Assembly (NCBI GenBank): GCA_034658935.1
Contig: JAYEGE010000008.1
Location: 68,678 to 132,677, forward strand
Length of the DNA stretch: 64,000 bases
Direction: 5' to 3'
Source of the DNA: Patescibacteria group bacterium
GTDB taxonomy: Bacteria > Patescibacteriota > Minisyncoccia > Phycocordibacterales > JACOZG01
The notes under the pieces are model-generated. The model was given only the letters and a program-made list of their open reading frames with translations, was not told the DNA's origin and did no database searches. Positions 46,998-56,247 of the stretch are shown here, piece after piece; position 1 is the stretch's first letter; every line of letters begins with the position of its first letter. The position numbers and the translations under genes were made by a program.

Positions 46998-48101
46998 CTA
47001 CTTAATTTCCACGAATTCGCCTCCCTTGAACTCGTAGGAGTGGAGGGGCACATGGACGGTGCGATTAGGCTTGAAGCGGAAGCCGTCTACGGCGGCGTCA
47101 GGAGAGCTAGCGCCAATGATATCTTCGATCAGATCGGACATATTAAACCGGTTTTCTTTAAGGGTATCGAGGAGAAGGGTGGTGGCTGAGTGGCCGAGAG
47201 CGGCAAAATAATCAGGGTCGGCATCATAAGATTCACGGAAAGTTCTCACGAAGTCGGGATTATAATCCTCGGATAAACGGGCGGCGAAATAAATCTCTTC
47301 CGCTTCCTCGCCAAACAAGTCCTTGAGCTGGTCCTTATTCACGTCGCTACTGATATAGAGTGGGGTACCCTTGGACAGTATTGGATATTGTCGCAGGGTG
47401 ATAAAGCCTTCTGTTGGAGAGAGCATGGTGTAGACGACGTCAGGCTTGGCGGCGATCATTTTGGCAACCAAAGTTCGGATGTCCTTGGTCTGATTCGGCA
47501 CGATCTTTTCTACACCCAAGAGAGTAATCTCGTCGGAGTGCTCTTCAAGGATGTCCTCAACCAGCAAACCAAACTCGCTGTTCTCAGTGAAGAAGTAAAT
47601 CTTTTTCCAGCCCTGAGATTTCATGAAGTCAATGGCATGTTCGACTTGATCGGTAAGCCCAGGGTAGATGCAGAAAACAGTTGGGTAATCTTGGAATCTA
47701 TCGTCACAATTAGAGGCACTGATAACTGTTGGCCCACTATCGGGATCTAAGGTAGGGGCGATGGTCAGAGTCTGGGCGGGGCCGAAAGGGCCGATAACTA
47801 CGTCTACTTGGTCTTGCTCAACCACTTTTCTAAAAGCCGATAGGGCGCCGCTAGTGGTGAAGCCGGCAGTATCTTCGGGGACTAATTCAACGGTCGAAGA
47901 GTCTAAACCGCTTTGGGCTAGGGCAATTTCTACGCCGTGCAAAACATTATCTCCAAAGGCGGCTAATTCACCAGAGAGGGGCATCACCAGGCCTATTTTA
48001 GTAAGCTCGGGGTCGCTTGGGCGACTGGCTTGGGTGACAATAACAATAATAATTACTACCAAGGCCAGGCCTATTAACCAGGCTATTTTTCTATTTTTCA
48101 T
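46998..48101 (-). CDS. Liv-type ABC substrate-binding protein 3
   Basis: TM anchor, KIGLVMPLSG, VDVVIGP. Confidence 0.85.
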   Translation of the reverse strand: MKNRKIAWLIGLALVVIIIVIVTQASRPSDPELTKIGLVMPLSGELAAFGDNVLHGVEIALAQSGLDSSTVELVPEDTAGFTTSGALSAFRKVVEQDQVDVVIGPFGPAQTLTIAPTLDPDSGPTVISASNCDDRFQDYPTVFCIYPGLTDQVEHAIDFMKSQGWKKIYFFTENSEFGLLVEDILEEHSDEITLLGVEKIVPNQTKDIRTLVAKMIAAKPDVVYTMLSPTEGFITLRQYPILSKGTPLYISSDVNKDQLKDLFGEEAEEIYFAARLSEDYNPDFVRTFRESYDADPDYFAALGHSATTLLLDTLKENRFNMSDLIEDIIGASSPDAAVDGFRFKPNRTVHVPLHSYEFKGGEFVEIK

Positions 48102-48232
48102 CGTCCTAGTATGGCAAGATTCTTGTTAGATGAGAAATGGGGGGAGTAAGCGAGACTTGACTTTTACGAGGATTAGGGCTATTTTGGGTGGGTAAAGTGA
48201 CAATCTTGTCGTCGCTTTTAAACACATACTTT

Positions 48233-48991
48233 ATGAAAGCATATAAGACTCTTTCTCAGTTTTTTAATCTTGGTGAGGCAGAGGCCAAGATCTATATTGC
48301 GGCCACTAAGGCCAAAGATGCCCTAATTAGTGATTTAGCCAAAGCAGCAGGCCTAAGGCGTACTTCTGTCTATCTACCCTTGGAGAAATTAATCGAGAAG
48401 GGCCTGATTACTAAAACTAAAGTTGGTAAGCGGATTAAATACAACGCGGTTGATCCTCAAACTCTATCCTCCATCTTCGATCAGCATAAGGGTGACATTG
48501 ATCAATTGGTCCAGAACTTAAGTCAATCATATCTTAGCTCTCAGGCCGTCGCTTCAGTGGAATACTTTAGTGGCACCACTGGGGTTAATTCGGCACTAGA
48601 GATATTCTTAGATCAAACCAAGGATGGGCTTTGGAAAACTTTCGAATCTAATCTTAATTCACCCATTCCCACTCTTCATCGTTTCGAGGATTATATCTGT
48701 CGCCGGGTTAAGCGTAAAATTGCCAGCCGCTGCATCATCTCTATGGGCCACATGACTCCTTGGTTGAAAGAGCGTTTGGCTCGGGGTAAGGAAGAATTGC
48801 ACGAGGACTTACTAATATCTGAGAAGATTTTCCCTATGCCTGCCTTAGCTGGTATTACTAGCGGGGTGGTTATCTTTATTGCTGTAGCCGAGGTGCCTTA
48901 CGCGGTGCTACTTAAGAGCGACGAGATATCGGCCACCTTGTCTACGATTCACGATTTAGTTTGGAGTCGCTATAGTCTTGCGAACTCTTAG
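48233..48991 (+). CDS. TrmB-family transcriptional regulator
   Basis: LGEAEAKIY...LAKAAGLRRTSVY..LEKL.EKGL wHTH. Confidence 0.8.
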   Translation: MKAYKTLSQFFNLGEAEAKIYIAATKAKDALISDLAKAAGLRRTSVYLPLEKLIEKGLITKTKVGKRIKYNAVDPQTLSSIFDQHKGDIDQLVQNLSQSYLSSQAVASVEYFSGTTGVNSALEIFLDQTKDGLWKTFESNLNSPIPTLHRFEDYICRRVKRKIASRCIISMGHMTPWLKERLARGKEELHEDLLISEKIFPMPALAGITSGVVIFIAVAEVPYAVLLKSDEISATLSTIHDLVWSRYSLANS

Positions 48992-49024
48992 CCGAAGCCC
49001 TATAATTCGATTAAATAAACGGCC

Positions 49025-49885
49025 ATGGAGATTATTCCGCAATTGGTGCTCAACAGCATTATCGCCGGGTCCATCTACGCAATGGTGGCGCTCGGCTTTA
49101 ATCTTATCTATGGTACGGCCCGCTTCTTTGATCTCGGCTATGGTGCTCTGGCGGTGGTTGGCGGCTATACCGTCTTCTATCTAAGCAAGATGCTCGGCTG
49201 GCCTCTACCCTTGGGCATAATTTCAGGGGTAGTGGTAGCTGGGTTAGTCGGCGCTCTAATCTATTATTTCGTCTATCAACCTCTCCGGGCGCGTCAGGCC
49301 TCGCCCATGGTCCTCCTGGTAGCCTCTCTGGGAGTCTTCACTGTTATCCAGGCCCTTATTGCCATTCTTTTCTCTAGTCAATTCCAGACTCTTAGTGCTG
49401 GTAGCTCCAAGGTTTATGAAATCTTTGGTGGGGTGATTACTCAAGTGCAATTGGTAATTTTCCTTTCCGGTTTAGCCATCATGGTGCTCTTGGGGCTGGC
49501 CCTCCGCTACACCATGTTTGGCAAGGCGGTTAAGGCGGTGAGCGACGACGAAGAAGTGGCCAAGATGGTTGGCATCAACACCACTAAGATTATTGGTTGG
49601 GTCTTCTTTATCGGTTCGGCCATTGCTGGGTTGGCTGGAGTGCTGGTCGGTTTTGATACTGGCCTCGAACCAACCATGGGCATGAACCTGCTTCTTAAGG
49701 GGGTGATCGCTTCTATCGTCGGCGGCATTGGTAATGTGTATGGCGGCGTTATCGGCGCCTTTCTCCTCGGCTTTGTTGAGAATTTTGGTATTTGGCAGAT
49801 CTCTGGGGAATGGAAGGACGCAATAGCTTTCGGCCTGCTGATCGTTTTCTTATTATTCAGACCACAAGGAATCTTCAAAAAATAA
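49025..49885 (+). CDS. livH: branched-chain amino acid ABC permease
   Basis: YAMVALGFNLIYG, G.A..AVSDD.E.A..VGIN, IVGGIG, RPQG. Confidence 0.92.
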   Translation: MEIIPQLVLNSIIAGSIYAMVALGFNLIYGTARFFDLGYGALAVVGGYTVFYLSKMLGWPLPLGIISGVVVAGLVGALIYYFVYQPLRARQASPMVLLVASLGVFTVIQALIAILFSSQFQTLSAGSSKVYEIFGGVITQVQLVIFLSGLAIMVLLGLALRYTMFGKAVKAVSDDEEVAKMVGINTTKIIGWVFFIGSAIAGLAGVLVGFDTGLEPTMGMNLLLKGVIASIVGGIGNVYGGVIGAFLLGFVENFGIWQISGEWKDAIAFGLLIVFLLFRPQGIFKK

Positions 49886-49891
49886 CAAGGG

Positions 49892-49922
49892 AGATATAAG
49901 ATTTAAGATTTATGATTCAAGA
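49892..49922 (+). repeat. left arm of a heptamer-built inverted repeat
   Basis: AGATATA-AGATTTA-AGATTTA-TGATTCA-AGA; 26/31 identical to the reverse complement of 50316-50346. Confidence 0.8.
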
Positions 49923-49928
49923 ATAAGG

Positions 49929-50312
49929 ATGCAAGACACAAGTGATAAGAAAATTAAAGAATTTACTGATCTGAAGGCTTGGCAAGAAGCGCATAGTTTA
50001 GTGTTGGCCGTTTATCATCTGACGAGACGTTTCCCTAAAGGGGAGCTGTTTGGATTAACGAGCCAAATGCGTCGAGCTGCTGTGTCTATTACTTCTAATA
50101 TCGCTGAGGGATTTGGCCGGCGGAGCTACAAAGAAAAAATCCAATTTTATTATCTGACCCAAGGATCTCTAACAGAATTGAAGAACCAAATATTGATAGC
50201 CAGAGATGTAGAGTATATGATGATGCCGGAGTACGAGTCTCTTGCTGCCAAGGCTGACTCCGCCCACCGTTTACTGCAAGGTTTGATTACGAAGTCGAAA
50301 TTTTTTCTTTAA
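49929..50312 (+). CDS. four-helix bundle protein (23S rRNA IVP-like family)
   Basis: FTDLKAWQ, FPK.E.FGLTSQMRRAAVSI.SNIAEG, GSL.E...Q. Confidence 0.92.
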   Translation: MQDTSDKKIKEFTDLKAWQEAHSLVLAVYHLTRRFPKGELFGLTSQMRRAAVSITSNIAEGFGRRSYKEKIQFYYLTQGSLTELKNQILIARDVEYMMMPEYESLAAKADSAHRLLQGLITKSKFFL

Positions 50313-50315
50313 CTT

Positions 50316-50346
50316 TCTTGAATCTTAAATCTAGATTCTTAAATCT
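50316..50346 (-). repeat. right arm of a heptamer-built inverted repeat
   Basis: TCTTGAATCTTAAATCTAGATTCTTAAATCT. Confidence 0.8.
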
Positions 50347-50352
50347 ATTCCT

Positions 50353-51219
50353 ATGGCTTACGTTGTTCACTTATTAATACTTATCGGTATCTACGCTATC
50401 CTTGGCGTCTCTTTGAACTTAGTGGTTGGCTATACTGGCTTGCTTAGTGTCACGCACGCCGCCTTTTATGGAGTGGGTGGGTATGCGGTGGCCATTATGC
50501 TTACTAGCCTAGGGCTTAATTTTTTCTTGGCCCTATTGCTGGCGGTGATAATTACTGGTTTGGCCAGCTTATTGATTGGTTTGGTTTTGAGTAAGTTCAG
50601 TGATGATTATTATGCTTTGGGGTCCTTTGGCTTTAATATAATTATCTATAGCATTTTTCTTAATTGGCAGGGCCTAACTCGTGGCCCCTTGGGGATCCCA
50701 GGTATTCCTCGACCCAGCGCCTTCGGCTTTGAGTTTGGTAGCAATATAAGTTTTTTGATTTTGACTGTCGCCGCTGCGCTTTTAATCTATTGGTTGGCTC
50801 AATGGTTGGCCAGGTCTTCCTTCGGTCGAGCCCTGAAGGCTATCCGGGAGGACGAGGAAGCTCTCCGCGTCTTTGGTTACCGGACGACTTATTATAAGCT
50901 GGCCATCTTTGTTATTGGCGCCATGATGGCGGCGGTGGCTGGCGGACTCTTTGCCGCTTACATTACCTTCATTGATCCCTCCACCTTTACCCTCAACGAA
51001 TCGATTTTCTTATTGGCTATCGTCATCTTGGGCGGCCTGTCTAATAATAGGGGGGCGGTGATTGGTGCGGTGGCTCTAGTTCTCTTGCCAGAGGCTCTTC
51101 GCTTCGTTGGGTTTCCTACCGACATCGCCGCTCAAATGCGCCAAGTAGTTTACGGCCTCGTTCTTATCCTCCTAATGCTCTATCGCCCACAAGGCCTGAT
51201 CGGAGAGTATAAATTATAA
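50353..51219 (+). CDS. livM: branched-chain amino acid ABC permease
   Basis: SLNLVVGYTG, T.GP.GI.GIP, GRALKAIREDE, ILGG. Confidence 0.92.
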   Translation: MAYVVHLLILIGIYAILGVSLNLVVGYTGLLSVTHAAFYGVGGYAVAIMLTSLGLNFFLALLLAVIITGLASLLIGLVLSKFSDDYYALGSFGFNIIIYSIFLNWQGLTRGPLGIPGIPRPSAFGFEFGSNISFLILTVAAALLIYWLAQWLARSSFGRALKAIREDEEALRVFGYRTTYYKLAIFVIGAMMAAVAGGLFAAYITFIDPSTFTLNESIFLLAIVILGGLSNNRGAVIGAVALVLLPEALRFVGFPTDIAAQMRQVVYGLVLILLMLYRPQGLIGEYKL

Positions 51220-51221
51220 TT

Positions 51222-51968
51222 ATGCCTACCCTAGAAACAAAAAATATAAAGAAGCATTTTGAGGGCGTTAAGGCGGTGGATGGTCTGTCGCTTAAGTTTG
51301 AGGCCGGGCAAATCACTGGCGTGGTCGGCCCTAATGGTTCGGGTAAATCAACCTTAGTTAACCTATTGACCGGTATGGCCCCCTACCAAGACGGTGAGGT
51401 GATATTCTCGGGCGCCGAGGGCTTGCGGAAATTACTGCCCCACGAGGTGGCTAATTATGGCGTTGCTCGAACTTTTCAAGATGTCCGCCTTTTCGAGCAA
51501 ATGCCAGTGCTCGACAATATTTTGGTGGTGCTTACTGAGCGCGGCGTTTTCAGCTCTATCTTTGAGCGCCACGGCGATTTTCACTTAGCTCAAGCGGAAG
51601 AAGTACTCCGCAAGGTTGGCCTCTGGAGTAAGCGCAACGAATTGGCAGTTAATCTTTCTTACGGTCAACGCAAACTCTTAGAGATTGCTCGAGTGCTGGC
51701 AATGATCTTTGGTCGTGGTGCCAGCATCGTCTTCTTGGACGAGCCCTTTGCTGGCCTCTTTCCTGAAATGATCAAAGTGGTGGTTAGTGTCCTTGAGGAA
51801 CTCAAACAGCAAAATAGAACCATTATTCTGATTGAACATAATATGGAGCTTATCCGCCAGCTGAGCGATCACGTCTATGTATTAGATGCTGGCCAAGAAC
51901 TGGCGGCTGGCAAACCCGAAAAAGCCCTCGGCCGACCAGAGGTTATCGAGGCTTATCTGGGGGAGTGA
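51222..51968 (+). CDS. livG: branched-chain amino acid ABC ATPase
   Basis: GPNGSGKST, ARTFQ, LSYGQ, LDEP, IEHNM, VIEAYLG. Confidence 0.92.
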   Translation: MPTLETKNIKKHFEGVKAVDGLSLKFEAGQITGVVGPNGSGKSTLVNLLTGMAPYQDGEVIFSGAEGLRKLLPHEVANYGVARTFQDVRLFEQMPVLDNILVVLTERGVFSSIFERHGDFHLAQAEEVLRKVGLWSKRNELAVNLSYGQRKLLEIARVLAMIFGRGASIVFLDEPFAGLFPEMIKVVVSVLEELKQQNRTIILIEHNMELIRQLSDHVYVLDAGQELAAGKPEKALGRPEVIEAYLGE

Positions 51969-52049
51969 TTTGCACATTCTCGTTACCCTCTCAGACATTA
52001 GGTGTCGCACTCCCAGAGACACCCAGTGTCGTTGGTGGTTGGAGGAGTT

Positions 52050-52520
52050 CTAGCGAGTAACAGAAATGGTTTCTCCGCCTTCGGCGTAGGGGGCGATTAG
52101 AGTGATGCGGCCGGCGGTGTTTTTACTAATGCGGTAGCAAGTGTCGTAACTGCTCGCGCTAGTCCAGGCCGAGGTGCAGGTGCTACCGCCGGTGTCGCCG
52201 GTAGGGTCGGTAGGTAAGGTGCCGAGGAAGCCTGGGACTAGGCAGGCGGCTAGGTCATAATTGCCGGCCCCAGAAGCGACGTCAGTTTCAGTGGCTGGGA
52301 TATCGTCGCAGGTGGTGTCGGTGTAGGTACCTCTATTGTCGACGATTCGCAAGCCAATCGCATCTAAGACAGAGGCCAAGTGGGCTCGGCGGGTGGTGTT
52401 ATTGGCTTCTTGGAAGCGCTTGCTGGGGTTAATAGCGACGAAGACGATTGTTGCTAAGATGGCAATGAGGGCGATGACGATCAAAATTTCAATGAGCGTG
52501 AATCCTTTTTGTTTCTTCAT
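52050..52520 (-). CDS. type IV pilin
   Basis: Class III signal KQKG|FTLIE plus hydrophobic helix; cysteine pairs. Confidence 0.9.
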   Translation of the reverse strand: MKKQKGFTLIEILIVIALIAILATIVFVAINPSKRFQEANNTTRRAHLASVLDAIGLRIVDNRGTYTDTTCDDIPATETDVASGAGNYDLAACLVPGFLGTLPTDPTGDTGGSTCTSAWTSASSYDTCYRISKNTAGRITLIAPYAEGGETISVTR

Positions 52521-52526
52521 GTTGTT

Positions 52527-52922
52527 TTAATTCGTTAATTCTTGTTGAGTAATAATGTTGAATCCTCGGTCGATCTTTGCTGATAACTTGGTGTAGATAT
52601 TTTGTACCTCTGCTCGGGCGACGATGATCTTGGGCCAAGTGCCGCCCGAGGGGCCCACGGTAAGTACCTCACATTCGCTGTCACCAAGAACCACTCTGCT
52701 TCCGCCGCCATAGTCTAGATCACGGGCGAGTTCCAACCTGGCGGTTTCTATGCAAGCTTGAGCCAGCCCGCCGCTCATTTCTTTCAGCTCGCTATTGAGA
52801 ATATTGAATCTTGTTAGAAAGCTGCTGTCACTGCGGCGGACGAGGATGACCATTAATAAAGCGGAGATCATAATCACTGAGGTCAGGGCGATGAAGCCTT
52901 TGTTTTTGTTTCTATTGTTCAT
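52527..52922 (-). CDS. minor pilin (PilX-like)
   Basis: KG|FIALTS (no Glu5) plus hydrophobic helix. Confidence 0.7.
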   Translation of the reverse strand: MNNRNKNKGFIALTSVIMISALLMVILVRRSDSSFLTRFNILNSELKEMSGGLAQACIETARLELARDLDYGGGSRVVLGDSECEVLTVGPSGGTWPKIIVARAEVQNIYTKLSAKIDRGFNIITQQELTN

Positions 52923-52923
52923 A

Positions 52924-53343
52924 TTATGGTGGGACTAATTGCTCTAAATAAAATTCCCGTTCATTTACTTTGAAGCCTATTCCTACTCGATTAGAACCAG
53001 GGGCCGTGAATTCTAGATCCTCGATTTGAATCCGTTGGGTGTTTAGTGATTGATTATCTAGAGTCAATGCTTGACCATTATTACTCGGGCTTAAGGTGTA
53101 GACGTCGCCAAGCCTGTTTATTTCTAAAATGTCCGGGCCGAGAATATTAGCGCTGGTGGCCCCCATGAAAAGCCAAGAGATTTTCCGAAAGATGAAGTCA
53201 ATCTCTCCACTCACTACGTTATCGGCGCCTAATTGTTCGCCGCTTCTCGCTAATTGGTAAGTGCTCGCTACGGCGCCGCTCATCATGATAGAAAAAATAG
53301 CTAGGTATATTATCGTTTCAATTAAAGTCATACCTCTTTGCAT
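52924..53343 (-). CDS. minor pilin (prepilin-type N-terminus)
   Basis: MQRG|MTLIE. Confidence 0.82.
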   Translation of the reverse strand: MQRGMTLIETIIYLAIFSIMMSGAVASTYQLARSGEQLGADNVVSGEIDFIFRKISWLFMGATSANILGPDILEINRLGDVYTLSPSNNGQALTLDNQSLNTQRIQIEDLEFTAPGSNRVGIGFKVNEREFYLEQLVPP

Positions 53344-53344
53344 A

Positions 53345-54769
53345 TTAATCGCTTCTGATGAGATGTAATTGCGGCCGTAGACTGCCCACGGCATAGATAT
53401 AGTCCTCGTCTATATCCAGGCCGACAATGCCGGGTATGGGGAAGATGCTCCCCGGGGTAGCCGCCTCTGCGCCGCCCAAGTTCCAGATCTCTACCTGGCT
53501 GCCGCGTCCGACCCTAGATAAGAAGGCGTAATTGGCAGACGCTTTGGTATCCAAAATGGTGCCGCCAATCTCCCGGCTACTGACGATTGGTAATCCGGTA
53601 CTTACTGCGAATGGGTCAAGATTATCGAGAACAAAGAGATCGTCTCCGGCGCCGGACTCTAGGCCAATCACAATCTTGGTCCCAAGTAAGAAGAGTGACC
53701 GGCCATCTTTGTTCCCCGGCAGATTAGTTCGGCCCCCTGTTAATTCGCTTATTGCTCCTGGGTTAGTGACGTCTAAGACGATGAGTTCTTTGTTATTGTG
53801 CGAAGTTGCCAAATAAGCAAATAGTTTTGGCGCATTGGCGACGAAGTGTTTCTGCGCGGCCAGGCCATATATCGAAGTATTGGGATTGAAATTGCCGAGC
53901 TCTATCGGGTTGCTCTGGTTACTAACGTCGAAGACATATAGCTCCGGCCTGCCGGCGTTGTAGCGAGTACTTACGTAGACCTTTTGATCGTAATAGAGGA
54001 CACGCCAGCCTTCCATCCCCGTACCAGCTGGATCATTTAAGCGCCGGCTTGATTCTAATCTGGGGTCCGGGCCGGTGACATCAGCAATCACTAATTGCTC
54101 AGCGGTGGTGGTGGCTCTAGCCAGGTAAGCATAAGTTTTATTGCTTGAATCGTCTCGAGCTACGTCTAAGGAATTAAAACCATCCCCGTCGGCCAAGAAA
54201 CCCTGGGTCAATGGTGTCGCGGGGTCGACGACATGTAGCCCCCTATTGGAGGTGATATAGGCGATACCAGCAAGTACGTCGATGTCTGTTGGAATGCCGA
54301 GGTCGACCAGTTCGATTGTTAAATGTGATTCAGGGGCGACCCAGTTACCTGCGGGGGCACTCGATAAGCAATCATTGCCCAGAGACTCCATCTCGCTTGG
54401 CCAACTGATCCCGGTGCTGAGGCTGACTTCCTTTTCTTTGTCGGCTATCGGGTAGCCGACCGAGCTAGTTATTAATTTAAGGCAGGGAGAGATGTCCAAG
54501 ATCCCCAAGGACGCAGTGAAGATGTTTTGTTGGGTTGAGGAGGCGTTGATAATGGAATTGAAATCACTAGCTTCAGCGCGCGTTAAGGTTAATTGATTCT
54601 TGGCAAAATGAATTGCTTGCCCCGATAACTCCGCATCTAAGGCGACCATTCGTTGGCCGAAGGAGACTAGCACTAAGGCGCTGAATGATATGGCCAACAC
54701 GGCTAGAGCGACCACCAACTCCAAGGTGCTGGATCCCCGCTGGGGCGAATTACCAATTGATACCACCAT
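53345..54769 (-). CDS. pilin-like protein with C-terminal LVIVD/beta-propeller-like repeats
   Basis: QRG|SSTLE N-terminus; repeated AYLA...EL.V.DV.NP units. Confidence 0.72.
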   Translation of the reverse strand: MVVSIGNSPQRGSSTLELVVALAVLAISFSALVLVSFGQRMVALDAELSGQAIHFAKNQLTLTRAEASDFNSIINASSTQQNIFTASLGILDISPCLKLITSSVGYPIADKEKEVSLSTGISWPSEMESLGNDCLSSAPAGNWVAPESHLTIELVDLGIPTDIDVLAGIAYITSNRGLHVVDPATPLTQGFLADGDGFNSLDVARDDSSNKTYAYLARATTTAEQLVIADVTGPDPRLESSRRLNDPAGTGMEGWRVLYYDQKVYVSTRYNAGRPELYVFDVSNQSNPIELGNFNPNTSIYGLAAQKHFVANAPKLFAYLATSHNNKELIVLDVTNPGAISELTGGRTNLPGNKDGRSLFLLGTKIVIGLESGAGDDLFVLDNLDPFAVSTGLPIVSSREIGGTILDTKASANYAFLSRVGRGSQVEIWNLGGAEAATPGSIFPIPGIVGLDIDEDYIYAVGSLRPQLHLIRSD

Positions 54770-55226
54770 ACTCGTTTATTATTACTGTTTCGCTATGTTC
54801 GCCGTCGCTCACTTCAATCGTCGCGCCCGCCGTGTTGCCAGATAATTGTTCAAACTGGATTCCATTGCTTGGCCAGTCGGCGAGACCTACTCGCTGGGGT
54901 AATCCCAAGTCTTCTCTATCGATTGGTGCTTGGCAGGTGCCGGCGGCGATTTGTAATTGGTGCGCGCCGGCGTCGTAGCAAACACTATGTCCTGTTCGAC
55001 TTAGATTATTCATCGCCCGATTGCGAGCAATAGATAGGGCGCCAATTACACGCTCGTATTCACTTTGGAAGGAATAGGTCTCATAACTGCGGAGGCTAAT
55101 GGGCAAGCCTAGGCCGACTAATAAGGCAAAGATTCCCAAGACGACTAAAATTTCTATAAGAGTCAGCCCTGCCCGGACTCGCCTTGGGCGAGACGGGCCG
55201 CTTTTATATATTCTGAGTGATCTCAT
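54750..55226 (-). CDS. minor pilin / pseudopilin (FimT/GspH-like)
   Basis: AG|LTLIE, AR..AM, C-terminal IN.YG.I; start uncertain. Confidence 0.75.
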   Translation of the reverse strand: MRSLRIYKSGPSRPRRVRAGLTLIEILVVLGIFALLVGLGLPISLRSYETYSFQSEYERVIGALSIARNRAMNNLSRTGHSVCYDAGAHQLQIAAGTCQAPIDREDLGLPQRVGLADWPSNGIQFEQLSGNTAGATIEVSDGEHSETVIINEYGGINW

Positions 55227-56247
55227 AGATAGGAGTAATAATTGAGATAGCCACCAAGCCAACCAAGAAGCCCATAATTATCATCAGGGTCGGTTCAATG
55301 GTGCTCGATAGGTTCTTGGTCAGATTGTCGATCTCTTGTTCATAAAACTCATTAAGATGCAGCAGGGTGTCGGCCAGGGCGCCGGTCTTTTCTCCGATGG
55401 CCGTTAGGTTTGTCATTAGGGGAGGGAAATAGGTGGGCTGAGTCGTGAGGTAATTAGAAACTCTTTCGCCTCGAAGTATGTCTTTGTCAATGCATTGGAT
55501 ATGTCTCCGATAGAGTGGGTGTCTTACTGTGTCGGCCGTTATCTTCAGAGCCTCGCTCAAGGGCGTTCCACTCTTCAATAATAATCCGAGGGTTCGGCAA
55601 AAACCGGCCAATTGGTAATTAAGGGTGAGGCGGCCGAGGACGGGGGCGCGTAAGTTTAACCAGGCTAACCCATTCCGGAAATGTCTGGAATAATGTCGGG
55701 CGATGTAGATGGTAATGACGCCGCCTACTAAGGTGCCCAATAACCAAAGGCCATCCTGGCGCAAGAAATTGCTCACCCCCATCATTATTTGAGTAATGAG
55801 AGGTAATTCTAATTGCATCCCTCGGAAGACCGGTGTGATTTTGGGTAGGATAAAAACCATCAGACCGCCGACTAGAACTAAGGTGGCGATGGAAATGAAG
55901 ACGGGATAGATTAGGGCGCTAATGATCTTGCGCTTCAGGAGTCGCTCCTTCTTTAATTCCGCCGCCAAGTACTCAAGATTACGGCTGAGCGTCCCACTCC
56001 GCTCGCCGATTTTGATTAAGTTAATAGTCATTTGTCCCAGTCTCCGGCCGGAGTGAGCGAGGCTGGCATGGAGGGATCGCCCGCCGGCCACCTTACCCAT
56101 CACTTGTTCTAGCCAGGCCTGTTCTCTGGGTGAGCGAGCCTGCTCCTGCAAGACTCGCAGGCTAGCGAGGATAGGAATACCGGCGCGCACCAAGAAGCTC
56201 AGGTCGCGAGCGAAACTTATTTGATCTTTGGCAGATAGTCTAATCAT
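55204..56247 (-). CDS. pilC: type II secretion F / PilC platform protein
   Basis: Two GspF repeats (GERSGTL, GEKTGAL), ALIYP, IEP. Confidence 0.92.
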   Translation of the reverse strand: MIRLSAKDQISFARDLSFLVRAGIPILASLRVLQEQARSPREQAWLEQVMGKVAGGRSLHASLAHSGRRLGQMTINLIKIGERSGTLSRNLEYLAAELKKERLLKRKIISALIYPVFISIATLVLVGGLMVFILPKITPVFRGMQLELPLITQIMMGVSNFLRQDGLWLLGTLVGGVITIYIARHYSRHFRNGLAWLNLRAPVLGRLTLNYQLAGFCRTLGLLLKSGTPLSEALKITADTVRHPLYRRHIQCIDKDILRGERVSNYLTTQPTYFPPLMTNLTAIGEKTGALADTLLHLNEFYEQEIDNLTKNLSSTIEPTLMIIMGFLVGLVAISIITPIYEITQNI

